The notes below the pieces were generated by a model. The model saw only the letters and a program-made list of their open reading frames with translations. It made no database searches and was not told the DNA's origin. Positions 1 through 12,675 of a stretch of DNA of 64,000 nucleotides are shown one piece after another. Position 1 is the stretch's first letter; every line of letters starts with the position of its first letter. The DNA comes from the human T2T-CHM13v2.0 reference genome, Homo sapiens. The stretch is taken from assembly GCF_009914755.1 (NCBI RefSeq), contig NC_060925.1; one strand, 5' to 3'. The position numbers and the translations under genes are program-made.

Positions 1-1629
1 AGATTATTTTATTTCATGCTTCATAAATGACAGTGGAACGTTTACTTTCAAAATATGTTTTAAAGCTAACATTGCATTTTTATTTGATTTAATCTCTTAT
101 TCTACAATGAAGAATTTGCAATGCCCAGGAATTTGCATCATGTGTATTATGCGAATCATGAAAAGAAATGACATAGACTTTTCAGAAATTATGTCAGTTG
201 AGTTATATTTTGATCCAGATGTATTCACATGTGAAGTGTTCATAGGATCAATAGCCTATTATTCTGTGGTTCATAAAAGCAGATAAATCATTATATGTGC
301 ATACTGAAGTAAAAAATTCACTTTTCCATGCAGATGCAGAGATTTTTATGTCAAAATTTGGATCATTTTAAAATGGGAATAGTATGAATAATTGCATTTG
401 AAGCTGGTGTTGTTGGTACAATATTATATTGGTATAAAACTCTACTGGTAAGTTAATTGCATACCCTAGTATACTAAAGATAATACTTACTTAGCACTTC
501 TTTTATGCTTGGCACTGGTCAATTGGAAGGAAAAAGTGGCAATAACACAACCCCTAATCTCTGCCTTCACGGTTATTTACTAGTTTATAAAAGAGACTTA
601 TATATATTATGTGCAATAAACAGCATTCTCAACAATCTGTTTTCTTCTAAATATTGATAGATATGTATGTAAACATGTATATGTATTTATACCTTTCTAA
701 AGGAATATATGCAAATTATATATATATTATATACTTTACACATATAATGTTTTCAAGAATTATAGATGTCTCTGATACATATATATATAATCATATATAT
801 ACACACAATAAAAAGATAAAATATATTCATTCTTTGATGATCACAAATTTGTGATTATTACTTAATGGACTTGGTATGATTTTCACTTGATCTAATATTA
901 ACTTATTTATTCATTTAATCAAATAATTGAGGAACTTGTGAATAAAACAGAGTTAAATACTTTAACTCCATTGGCAAGACACACTATTGTATCTAGAGCA
1001 TAAAAAGTATTAGATTCATTTCATTATATGTAGAAACTATTTTTTAACTATGATTGGTAGCAAACGCTATGGTCTTCCTTATTATAAAATACCTGACACA
1101 GGTCAGTCTAAGCACAATTAGGTATTCCTCAAAATAATACCTTATATAAAACTCAATTATAAAAACAATCATTTATTTATGAATTTATTAATAACAATAT
1201 AGACAGGATAAGGCCTAAGAAACATTATTTAATAATATAAATATTAATGTAAAGGAGCAAAATAAAAATAAGACTTCAGAGTTAAAAGAGAAAATATTAA
1301 TGCCAGAAAATAAAGCCATCTCTTTGGTCAGGTAGATGCTTATACAAAATGTTTCATGGTATTCAACATTAACAATGGAGGAAGATATTTGTAAAATTAA
1401 CACAGAAATCTGTTATGGACATAAAATGAACACATTAATTAAAATTTCAGGTTAAAATTTATTGTTCCTTATTTTTAAAAAAGCTTTCATTAAAATAATT
1501 CTCTCATGCTTATCTTTTTTCATATTTTAATATTTTAATAGTGTTGTTTGCAGATTTTAATACATAAGGAATATGCATGAAAGTTTCCATTCATGCAACA
1601 TGTAATTATCTACATTTGGGTGTTTTTAG

Positions 1630-1775
1630 GCAGTAATTCTCAAAATAACCTGTGGGCTTTTAAAAATTATTGCCACCTGTGATCTGTTAAAGAAAAAAAT
1701 TAAATTGGAAATTTTAGAGGTGTTTTTGAAAAGCATCCCATGTGATGATTTTGTTTGCCAGGTCCGGGAGACAGG
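1630..1775. mobile_element. MER5-like hAT-Charlie MITE remnant
   Basis: Begins CAGTAATTCTCAAA (MER5 TIR-like); ends TTTTTGAAAAGCATCCCATGTGATGATTTTGTTTGCCAGGTCCGGGAGAC, like the MER5 terminus. Highly diverged. Confidence 0.5.
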
Positions 1776-1789
1776 TCTGATAGACCCTC

Positions 1790-2200
1790 ATCAGATTCAG
1801 TCTACCAGCCGAACTTGTGTCCTCATGAAACATTCTTTTCTCAATAGCCTCTTCAACAAACAGGGAACTATATCTTCCATCTTAGTGTGCAAATCAGCCA
1901 GGGAAGTAGTCATCATGCTTGCCTCTTCTTTCACCTCCTATAACTGAGACAACACTGAATTCACTTTACCTTCTTAATATTTTGCACATCTTGCATTTGT
2001 TATTTGTTGTGCATCTCTACCATTAATTAATCCAACCTCTCATGACTAACTACTAGAAGAGTTTCCTTCCTCTTCTCATTGTTTTACTTGTGACCTAACA
2101 AACAATTATGCAGACTGTAGTCAGGGTTTTCCTTTTAAGAAAAATTAAAACCTCCGATCATGTAACTTTCCTTGATAAAAGTGTATTTCAAGCATAAATT
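1790..2200 (+). mobile_element. L2 LINE fragment (ancient)
   Basis: Resembles L2 motifs: ...CTTCCATCTTAGTGTGCAAATCAGCCAGGGAAGTAGTCATCATGCTTGCCTCTTCTTTCACC and CCGATCATGTAACTTTCCTTGATAAAA. Confidence 0.45.
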
Positions 2201-2650
2201 TCAAATAAATAATTCCAATTTCATTGGTATTACAATTAAGTCATAATTTTCATTTCATGAAACAATATATTGATTCCTTTTCTAGAAAAAAAAGGGCTGT
2301 CTTAAATTTGTATGAGCAATTGTATGCATCAAAACATTATCTTTAATAGAGAGCTGTGGTAGGCTACTACATTATTGCCTATTGACCCAGAATTATATCA
2401 AAATGACCTATTGCATATAAATACATATATACACTGGGTTTCTATGTTTTTAAGTGGCTGGGGTCTTAAACAATTTTGATGATTATACAGTATCATGAAT
2501 AATCATCATTTAATGAAAGATAACATTAATAAGTTTTACCATTTTGCATAAAATCAAATATTTATGCTGAATATACTCAGAGTTCCTGATGAGTTTACAG
2601 GACATAATAATTTAAGGTATATGTGAACTAGCTGTTTTCTCTCTAGAATT

Positions 2651-2762
2651 TTTTTGTAAGAAAGATAACCAATGCTAAATGTGATCTGTTGATTTGGCTA
2701 CTTTTTTTTTTGGTAAGAAAGATAACCAATGCTAAACATGATCTGTTGATTTGGCTGCTTTT
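2651..2762 (+). repeat. 57-bp tandem duplication (2 copies)
   Basis: GTAAGAAAGATAACCAATGCTAAA(TG/CA)TGATCTGTTGATTTGGCT(A/G)CTTTT starts at 2656 and again at 2713. Confidence 0.95.
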
Positions 2763-3032
2763 CTTTTTCTTTTTAATAATTAAGATAATAATGCCTTAAT
2801 GAAATATATGCATTTGCTCTATGTCAAATATATGCTTTCCACTCCACAGATAGCAATTTGTCTTTATTATCTTATAAGTCTTGTGCCTTTGGAATTTGGA
2901 AAGATAATTAAATATACAGCAGAGGTATTTTATCTGGAGAAAGCACCTAATAATATAGGTTAATTAGCTTCTTGAATAGCAATACAACTATAATGAAAAG
3001 CCACAAAGGAATACAAGAGCAATTAAAAACAG

Positions 3033-5040
3033 GATTTAGGTGCCCTTTATTTTTTTCTCTTGACTGATTGCTCTGGCTAGAACTTCCAGTACTATGTTGA
3101 ATAGAAATGGTGAAAGTGAGCATCCTTGTCTTGTTCCAGTTCTCAGGAATGCTTTCAACTTTCCCCATTCAATATAATGTTGGCTGTGGGTTTGTCATAT
3201 ATTGTTTTTAGTATTTTGACGTATGTCCTTTCTATTCTGATATTGCTGAGGGTTTTAATCATAAAGGGATGCTGGGTTTGGTCAACTGCTTTTTCTGAAT
3301 CTGTTGAAATGATCATAATTTTTGTTTTTAATTCCATTTATGTGGTGTATCACATTTATTGATTTATGCATGTTAAACTATCCCTGCATCACTAGTATAA
3401 AACCAACTTATTCATAGTGGATTATCTTTTTGATGTGCTGTTGGATTTGATTAACTAGTACTTTGTTGAGGATTTTTGCATCTATGTTCATTAGGGATAT
3501 TGGTCTGTAGTTTTCTTTTTTATGTCCTTTCCTGGTTTTGATATTAGGGTGATACTGGCTTCATAGAATGACTTAGGGAGGATTCCATCTTTCTCTTTCT
3601 TCTGGAATAGTATCAATAGGATTAGTACCAATTCTTTGAAAGTCTGTTATGATAGAATTCAGCTGTGAATCTGTCTGGTCCTGGACTTTTTTTATTGGCA
3701 ATTTTTTAATTCCTATTACAATCTTGTTCCTTGTTACTGGTCTGTTCAGAGATTCTATTTCTTCCTGGTTTAATATAGGAGGGTTGTATATTTCCAGGAA
3801 TGTATCCATCTTCTCTAGGTTTTCTAGTTTGTTCACATAAAGGTGTTCATAGTAGCCTTGAATGATCTTTTGTATTGCTGTGTATCAGTTGTAATACCTC
3901 CCATTTCATTTCTAATTGATGTTATTTGAATTTTCTCTCTTCTTTTCTTGGTTAATATTACTAATGGTCTATCAGCTTTATTTATCTCTTCAAAGAAAAA
4001 GCTTTTGTTTTATCTATCTTTTTTATTTTTTTGTTTCAATTTCATTTAGTTCTGCTCTGATCTTGGTCTTTTCTTCTGCTGGGTTTGGGCTTGGTTTGTT
4101 CTTGTTTCTCTAGTACCTTGAGCCATGACCTTAGATTGCCTATTTGTGCTCTTTCAGACATTTTGATGTAGGCATTTAATGCTATGAACTTTCCTCTCAG
4201 CATTGCTTTTGCTGTATCTCAGAGGTTTTGATAGGTTGTGTCACTATTATTGTTCAGTTCAAATAATTTTTTAATTTCCATTTTTTATTTCATTATTGAC
4301 CAATATTGATCATTCTGCAGTAGGTTATTTAATTTCCATGTATTTGCATGGATTTGAGAGTTCCTTTTGGAGTTGATTTCCAATTTTGTTCCACAGTGGT
4401 CTGAGAGAGTACTTAATATAATTTTGATTTTCTTAAATTTATTGAGACTTGTTTTGTGGCCTATGATATGCTCTATTTTGGAGAATGCTCCATGTGCTGA
4501 TGAATAGAATGTATGCTCTGCCATTGTTGGTTGGAATGTTCTGTAAATATCGTTAAGTTCATTTGTTCTAGGGTGTAGCTTAAGTCCATTGTTTCCTTGC
4601 AGTGGAGTATTAAAGTCTCTCACTATTATTGTGTTTCTGTCTAACTCATTTCTTAGGTCTAGTAGTAATTGTTTTATAAATTTGGGAGTGCCAGTGTTAG
4701 GTGCATATATATTTAGGATTGTGATACTTTCCTGTTGGACTAGTCTTTTTATCATTTTGTAATGTCCCTCTTCGTCTTTTTTAAACTGTTGTTGCTTTTA
4801 AATTTATTTTGTTTGAAATAAGAATAGCTATTCCTGCTCACTTTTGGTGTGCATTTGCATGGAATCTTTTCTCCACCCCTTTACCTTAAGTTTATGTGAG
4901 TCCTTATTCATTAGGTGAGTCTTTGAAGACAGCAGATACTTGGTTGGTGGATATTTATCTATTCTGCTATTCTGTATCTTTTAAGTGGAGCATTTAGGCC
5001 ATAACATTATTATTGAGATGTGAGGTACTATTCTATTCAT
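3033..5040 (-). pseudogene. L1 ORF2p remnant (EN to mid-RT)
   Basis: Fragmented frames 4285-4755, 3573-3836 ([32 protein letters not shown]) and 3155-3337. Confidence 0.9.
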
Positions 5041-5129
5041 TGTGCTATTTGTTGCCTGATACCCTTTTTTTTTCATCGTCTTATTGTATTATAGGTCCTG
5101 TGACATTTATACTTTAAGGAGCTGCTATT

Positions 5130-6113
5130 TTGATGTATTTTGGGGATTTGTTTCAAGATTTGAAGCTCATTTTAGCAATTCTTCAGTGCTGACTTTGTAG
5201 TGATGAATTATCTCAGCATTTGGTTGTCTGAAAAAGACTATGTCTTTTTTTACAAAGCTTAGTTTTGCTGGATAGAAAATTATAGGCTGATAATTGTCTT
5301 TTTAAGGAGGCTAAAGATAGGACCCCAATCCCTTCTAACTTGGAGAGTTTATGCTAATACATCAGCTGTTAATCTAGTAGGTTTTCTTTTATAGGTTACC
5401 TGATGCTTTTGCCTCACAGCTCTTAAGATTCTTTCCTTTGCCTTGACTTTAGATAACCTAATGACTATGTGCCTAGGCAATGATCTTTTTGTGAAGCATT
5501 TCTCAGGTGTTCTTTGAACTTCTTGTATTTAAATGTCTAGGTCTCTAGCAAGCCAGGGAAAGTTTTCCTTGATTATTTCCTCAAATATGTTTTCCAGACT
5601 GTCATATTTCTCTTCTTTCTCAGGAACGCCAATTATTCTTAGGTTTGGTCTTTTAACATAATCCCAAACTTCCTGGAGGTTTTGTTCATTTTTCTAAATT
5701 ATTTTGTCTTTGTCTTTGTTGGATTAGGTTAATTCAAAAGCCATGTCTTCAAGATCTGAAGCTCTTTCTTCTACTTGTTCTATTGCTGAGATTTTCCAAT
5801 GTATTTTGCATATCTCAGAGTTTGTCCTTCATTTCCAGAAGATGTGATTGTTTTTCATTTATGTTATTTATTTCTCTGGAGATTTTTTCATGCATATCTT
5901 GTAACATTTTTAAAATTTATTTAAGTTGGTATTCGCCTTTCTCTGATGCCTCCTTAAGTAGCTTAATAATTCACCTTCTAAATTCTTTTCTGGTGACTCA
6001 GTGATTCCTGTTTGCTTTGGATCCATTGCTGGTGAACTAGTATGATCTTTTGGGGGTGTTAAATAACCTTATTTTGTCATATTGCTAGAATTGTTATTCT
6101 GGTTCCTTCTCAT
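5130..6113 (-). pseudogene. L1 ORF1p remnant (stops/frameshifts)
   Basis: Start context agtctacccaaATGagaaggaaccag with an in-frame stop after about 14 codons; 3' boundary approximate. Confidence 0.75.
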
Positions 6114-7436
6114 TTGGGTAGACTATGTCAGAGGGAAGATCTATGGCCCTAGGTTGCTATGCAGATTCTTTTGTCCCACGATGTGCCTCCTTGATGTGGT
6201 GCTCTCCCTCTTCCCCTAGGAATAAGACTTCCTAAGAGCCAAAGTGCAGTGATTGTTATTTCTCTTCTGGATCTATCCATTCAGCAAAGGCAACCACCTC
6301 TGGGTTGATACTAGGGAGTGTCTGCAAAGGGTACTGTGATGTGAACTATCTTCAGGTCTCTCAGCTGTGGATACCCGCACCTGCGTCAGTGCAGGTAACA
6401 AGGGAGAGAAGTGGACTCTGTGAGGGTCCTTGGTTGTCATTGTGTTTAGTTTGCTGGCTTTGTGTTTGTTAGCCTCCAGCCAGAAGGTGACGCTTTCAAG
6501 AGAGCATCGGATGTGGTCATATAGAAAGGGTACAGTCTTGCCCTAGGGTCACCTGAATAAGTTTCTCAGGCAGTGGGCAGGACCATAGAATTACCAAGAG
6601 ATTATGTCCTTTGTCTTTGGCTACCAGGGCAAATCGAGAAAGACCATCAGGTAGGGACAGGGTTAGATATGTCTGAGCTCACACTCTCCTTGAGTGGAGC
6701 TTGCTGAAGCTGCTGTGGGGGATTGGGGTGTGGTTTGCATGCCAATGGAGTTATGTTCCCAAGAGAATTATGGCTGCCTCTGCTGTGTCATAGAGGTAGC
6801 CAGGAAAGTGGGGTAAAGCCAGCAGTGACAGTCCTCACCTAGCTCCCACGCACCCCAAAACGACAGTCTCACTCCCACTGTCCTCCCCCAAAAGCACCAA
6901 GTTGATTTCTAGGCAGCCAGTGAGCACAGCTTAGAGCTTGCCGCAGGCTACCAGCTTCTGTGCTGAGACAGCAAGCAGGGCTTTCAAGTTTTGTGCCTTC
7001 CCGCCTGCCATGGCTTCTATGCTGTATCTGCACTCCCAGTTCGCCCTTTCCCCCAGATTCTGTCCAGGAAACTTCACATTTGACCAAAATTGTTACAAAG
7101 TTCAGCTGGAAGTTTCCTTCTTTCTTTGTTCTTTCCTCAATTCCACTCGCAGCCCTCCCCAAGGACCCTGCGAGACAAAGTTCAAAATGGCTTCCCTGTG
7201 GACTGAGAGCACTCACAGGGCTTTTCCTCCTGCTTCCTCTACCCCTATATTTTGCTCGCATCTCTAAATTCATTTGAGCTTCAGGTAAGGTAAAATCCTT
7301 CTCCCATGATCTGGACCTTCAGGTTCCCAAGTAAGAATGTTTGCTTGGGGGTCAATGTTCCTTCTTTCACCCTTTGGGCATGCAGTTCTCGACTGTCACG
7401 GTATAAAGTTTTAAACTACATTTTTTCTTTTCTTAT

Positions 7437-7854
7437 TGATGCAGGAGATTTTCCTCCTTAGTTCAGCTAAATCGGGTTCTTGTAGCACAACCAGGAAATA
7501 ATTAGGCACGCAGACCCATTAAGGGTGAGGAGGACGGAATTTATTAAGTGAAAGGAAAGCTCTCAGCCTGCACACAGGCTTCCAACTCACAAATTGAATA
7601 CCACGGCCCCAGCAAATGAGTTGAAGAGAGCAGGATCCTCTCCTGCATAAGATGCAGATTTCTGGTGGCTCCACCGCATTCCCCCAGTGCATGTGGGCCT
7701 CCAGCCTGCTGAGAGCATGCCCAGGCAATCTCCCCGTGCAGGTTCTCTTATCTGCACAAAACATCTGGTGTTAAACACTTGTGGAGCTGGTCAGAGATTC
7801 TCCGGAAACGCTTCCCTATCTGCCTAGGCATTTGGTTGTCTCCTGCCTCTATCA
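7437..7854 (-). mobile_element. ERV1 solo LTR, MER61-like
   Basis: TGAT...ATCA termini, 418 bp. Minus strand starts TGATAGAGGCAGGAGACAACCAAATGCCTAGGCAGATAGGGAAG...CACAAGTGTTTAACACCAGATGTTTTGTGCAGATAAG. AATAAA on minus strand (TTTATT near 7540). Flanked by TTCTTAT on both sides. Confidence 0.8.
7713..7732. promoter_or_regulatory. Degenerate p53 response element within the LTR
   Basis: GAGCATGCCC is a perfect RRRCWWGYYY half-site; AGGCAATCTC has the core G replaced by T; zero spacer. Confidence 0.5.
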
Positions 7855-9140
7855 TTCTTATTGTATCGATTCATTATGTCTTTCTGCCTCAAAGTCAACC
7901 ACCAGACTTCTATAATGACATCACAATTGTTTAAATTACTGCTAGTACTCTTTAATTGACTAATACGTGTATAATTCTTAAATATCAATAGCTCTTTTGT
8001 TACTTATTAGGTGAAATAGAATCCTTAGATTGTTTCTCTTAAATTTATCAAAGTGAAACTTTGTACTGACAGTTTAATAACTAAAAACAAAAGGACATCT
8101 TATTCTAACTAAAGGTGTAATTTAACAGAAAACCAAACTTACAAGAATATCTTGAAAGCAAATGTAAAAGAAAAATAAGCATAAGAAAATTGTTTTCAAG
8201 AAGTTCAGAAATAGAATAAAAAGAAATGTAATCTTATTTTTAAGTTAATTTATTTCCATTTTTAAAGAAATTTAAAAATTTTAAGGAACTTGTAGATTTT
8301 CAGAAAAATTGTGAAAATAGTGGGGAGGCCCTAACCTATATACGCAACATCTAGTTTCATGTACTATGACTATCTTATGATAGTATGGTATGTTTCATAC
8401 AATTAAAGAACCTATATTGACATAATACTATTAACTAAAACCTATAGCTTTTTCAGATTTATTTTTCTTTTTTTTTTTACTTTTACTGTTCCAAGCTTCA
8501 ATCCAGGTTACTGTATTACATTTAGTAATTATATCTCCTTAGGCACCTCTTGGCTATGACAGTTTTTTAGACTTTCCTTGTTTTTCATGACCTTGAAAGT
8601 TTTAAGAAGTACTTTTCAGGCATTTTGTAGAATGTGCCTCAATTGGGAATTTTTCTGATATTTTTCTCAGAAAAACTATGGGTTTTGAAGAGAACTACCA
8701 CAGAGGTCAAGTGCTATTTTCATCAAGTCTTATCAAAGGTACAAACTATCAACAGTATTTATGTTGATGTGTTGGTGTTGACATTGATCATGTGGCTAAG
8801 ATAGTGTTTGCAGGTTTTTTTTGCTGCAACATTATTCTTTTCTTCCTTCTTTCCACACTGTACTCCTTGAAAAGAAATCACTATGCCTACAATTAAGGAT
8901 AGAGGGGCTCCCTCGCCTTAAGAGAAGAGCACCCACAAATTTTGTTTTTATCTTCCGAAGGAGATTTGTCTTTTATTCTTCATTTATTTATTAAACAATT
9001 TATGTTTGTATTAACTAACATATTTATTTTATACTTTGGGTCATAATCGAATACCACTTTACTTTGTGAAATTGTTTCAGTTTTGTGCATTGGGAATTCT
9101 TTCACTTTGCTCCTGTGTTGCTTTGACATACGTTACTCAA

Positions 9141-9142
<2 letters not shown>

Positions 9143-9180
<38 letters not shown>
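9143..9180 (+). repeat. (TG)19 microsatellite
   Basis: Perfect TG dinucleotide run. Confidence 0.98.
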
Positions 9181-9183
<3 letters not shown>

Positions 9184-9205
9184 CTGGTTTATGAATACTG
9201 CCTTA

Positions 9206-9661
<456 letters not shown>

Positions 9662-10696
9662 TTATCATTGATTCTCATTGCTCTTAGTTGACAGAACAAG
9701 GAAATATATGTGTATACTGGCCTGTGTATATACACATAATTATAAACATTTCTATATGTTACTCTTTGTAACTGTATGAATCTAAAAATGACTTTATAAT
9801 GAGGTCTTCAAATCTACTAAATCACCACATAGATCACTCTACATTCTTACCCTTGCTTATTTGTAAACTCCCATTCCAATAGCAGGAAACCTGGCTTCCA
9901 CCACCTGCTGTTTATTTAAGTGTTCAACTGCAGAATATGTATAGCAGTATCAGGATTGTTAAGCTGTACCTAGGTGAAATAAAACTTCATTAACTAGAAT
10001 ACAATGCTATGGAGACCTCTCCATTCATTTTTAATATTACTTAGGTAAGCAAATCTTCTTCCTACTCTCATGAATGAGGTTGTTTTATACATTTTGCCAC
10101 ATTTTCATCACATCCTGATACTCTCCAGACCTCCTAATTTTTCTTTAATTTGCACATGTGTGGTTTCTATCTTCATAATGTAAAGTTGTATGGGTTTTGA
10201 AAAATGCATAGTGTCGTGTATCCACAATTACAATCTCGTACAGACTATATTAACCCCTCTTAAAAATCCTCTCTGCTACAACTTTTCAATCCTCTCTCTC
10301 CTCTCTGTGCACTCCTGGAAACTGTTGATCTCTTTACCATTGCTATAGTTTTGCCTTTTCGAGAATGTCATAAATTGAAATCACACAGTATGTAGACCTT
10401 TCTGACTGACTTCTTTCGCTTAGTAATATGCATGTAATGTTCTTCTCTATGTATGTATGTACCATAGTTTGTTTATTCATTCACCTATTGATGGGCATCT
10501 TAGTTGCTTTCAGTTTTTAGCAATTATGAATAAAAATTCTATAAACATTCACATGCAGGTTTTTTGTGAAGATAAATTTTCCAATAGTTTAGGTAAATTT
10601 CTAAAAGAGTGATTACTGAACTATATGGGAAGACTATGCTTATCTTTGTAAGAAACTGCCAAAGTGCCTTTCAAAGTGGCTATGTCATTTTGCATT

Positions 10697-11102
10697 TATA
10701 TTAGTCCCTTCTCACACTACTATAAAGATACTACCTGAGACTGCATAACTGATAAAGAAAAGAGGTTTCATTGACTCACAGTTTCACATGGCTGGGGATG
10801 TCTCAGAAAGCTTACGATTTTGGCAGAAGATGAGGGGGAAGCAGACACTTTCATCACAAGGTGGCAGGAGAGAGAGAGTGAAGGGGATCACACTAAACGG
10901 ATCAACAGAATTCTATCAAAAGAACAGCAAATGGGAAGTCCACTCCCATGATTCAATCACCTCCCACCAGGCCACTTTCTCAACATGTGGGGATTACAAT
11001 TTGGGATGAGATCTGGGTGGGCACACAGAGCTAAGCCATATTATTCTGCCCCTGTGCCCTCCCAAATCTCATGTCTTTTTCACATTTCAAAACTATCATG
11101 CC
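10697..11102 (-). mobile_element. MaLR (MSTA/THE1-type) 3' LTR plus about 60 bp of internal sequence with polypurine tract
   Basis: LTR 10697-11043 (ATTAGTCC..GAAAAGAGGTTTCATTGACTCACAG..CCATATTA), followed by TTCTGCCCCTGTGCCCTCCCAAATCTCATGTC, the MaLR internal end/PPT on the minus strand. Confidence 0.88.
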
Positions 11103-12033
11103 TTACTTGCTTTTCGTTCGTTTATTTGCTTCTATTAATGGTAATTCCTTGTATGATATCATTTCTTGCCTTGATAGGATATTTATTAACTTAGCTATTT
11201 ATGTATATATAAATATAGAGTTATGTAGCTACATACATACATAGGTATGCAAATCTATCTACAGTCTCAGTCCTGCAATGTCTACATTGATATTTACATT
11301 TTCTGCAATTAATAAGGTCCAATTTTCTGCTAAATGAATGAATCAGTGACTGATAATAATCATGACTTAGAGATAAAAAAATCACATCAAATCAAAGCTT
11401 TTATTTGTTATTTAATATGTTATTAACTCCTCTTCTAAGATTTTGACGTCCTGTAGAATAACAGGAACTGCAAGAGTAATAATACTGGTCTATGAGTCTT
11501 TTATGTATTTTGTGAAGTAAATCATTTAAAAAAACCCCGGCAAATAGCAAACAACTATTTTTCAACAGTGGAAAGTTAATGTTTTATGTTTATTCACCTA
11601 TTTTCTTTTATGCATGGTATGAAAGTATTATTCATTTGTATAAAATAGCTTTAGCTCCATTGTCAGTTAAAGTTTTAAATAATGCAGTTATTATAAACTA
11701 CTTCATTATCTTCTTAAATTATTTTCTTTTCTCATATGAAGTCCTGATTAAATCACAAACAGTACAATTGCTTTCTCTAGTCATAGACTTGCAAACATTC
11801 ATATCTCACAAAAGTATTCTATTTGTTACCAAAGGGTACGGATATATGGATTAAGATTGCTCAAGGAAAAATGTTAACTTTTACTGACAAAACAACTAAA
11901 TGTGCTTGCCCAGTTGATGGCTGATAAATAAAGTCATCTTGATATACAAAGGCCAATCTTTAATATATAGATAGAATTGATATACCACAAATAAAAATGA
12001 TTATTGTCTTAAAGAGTAGAACTAGCATAGACG

Positions 12034-12034
<1 letters not shown>

Positions 12035-12082
<48 letters not shown>

Positions 12083-12090
12083 CATATACA
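12035..12090. repeat. (TA)n microsatellite (about 18 perfect units)
   Basis: Direct inspection. Confidence 0.97.
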
Positions 12091-12314
12091 TGGTGTTTGC
12101 AGAGAACTTCATTAAAATGGAAATTGGATTTTCATTGAGAGTAGAAAAAATAATAATTTCGGGCAAATTCTTTGTTGCATATATCTATGATGTGTGTTTG
12201 CAACATTATTTTAGCTACGTAATTGGTTTTCTTCCAAAGTCAAAGGCCCCAATTTTCCTTCAGTACAAAGCAAATAAAAATATACTTATATTATTGAGAG
12301 TTGTGAAAAACAAA

Positions 12315-12675
12315 CGCATGTAGCATACATGTTGTATGCATGTTACATGTATGTACTATGCACGTGACATTCATGCTCTATACATGTTGCATATATGTAG
12401 AATGAATGAAATGTTCATATAGTATGCATGTAGTGTGCATGTAGTAAACATGTAGTATGCATGTAGTATGCATGTAGGATACATTTCAAATATACTATGC
12501 ATGTAGTGTACATGTAGTATACATGTCCTTTGTGTGTAGAAACAAGCGTGCATATAGTAAACATATAGTATATACATAGTGTACATGTAGTATGTGCACA
12601 GTATGCATGTAATATGCTTGCTACATACATGTTACTTTTGTGGCATGTATGTGGCTTATATGTAGCATGCATATT
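12315..12675. repeat. Degenerate 11-bp minisatellite, consensus RCATGTAGTAT
   Basis: Core 12426-12484: GCATGTAGTGT GCATGTAGTAA ACATGTAGTAT GCATGTAGTAT GCATGTAGGAT; decays toward both flanks. Confidence 0.85.

Larger units (their letters stand above)
3033..7401 (-). mobile_element. LINE-1 (L1PB/L1PBa-type): 5'UTR, ORF1 and first half of ORF2; 3' end absent
   Basis: Minus-strand ORF1 ATG at 6113 (MRRNQ...) and ORF2 ATG at 5040 (MNRIVPHISI). Endonuclease motifs in ORF 4285-4755 ([26 protein letters not shown]). RT-region text in ORF 3155-3337 ([31 protein letters not shown]). GC-richer 5'UTR about 6120-7400. Confidence 0.93.

Noticed and set aside
6869-7277. Overlapping ORFs in the L1 5'UTR as an ORF0-like gene
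   Set aside because: GC-richer UTR has few stops by chance; ORF0 is described for younger L1PA 5'UTRs and I see no similarity.
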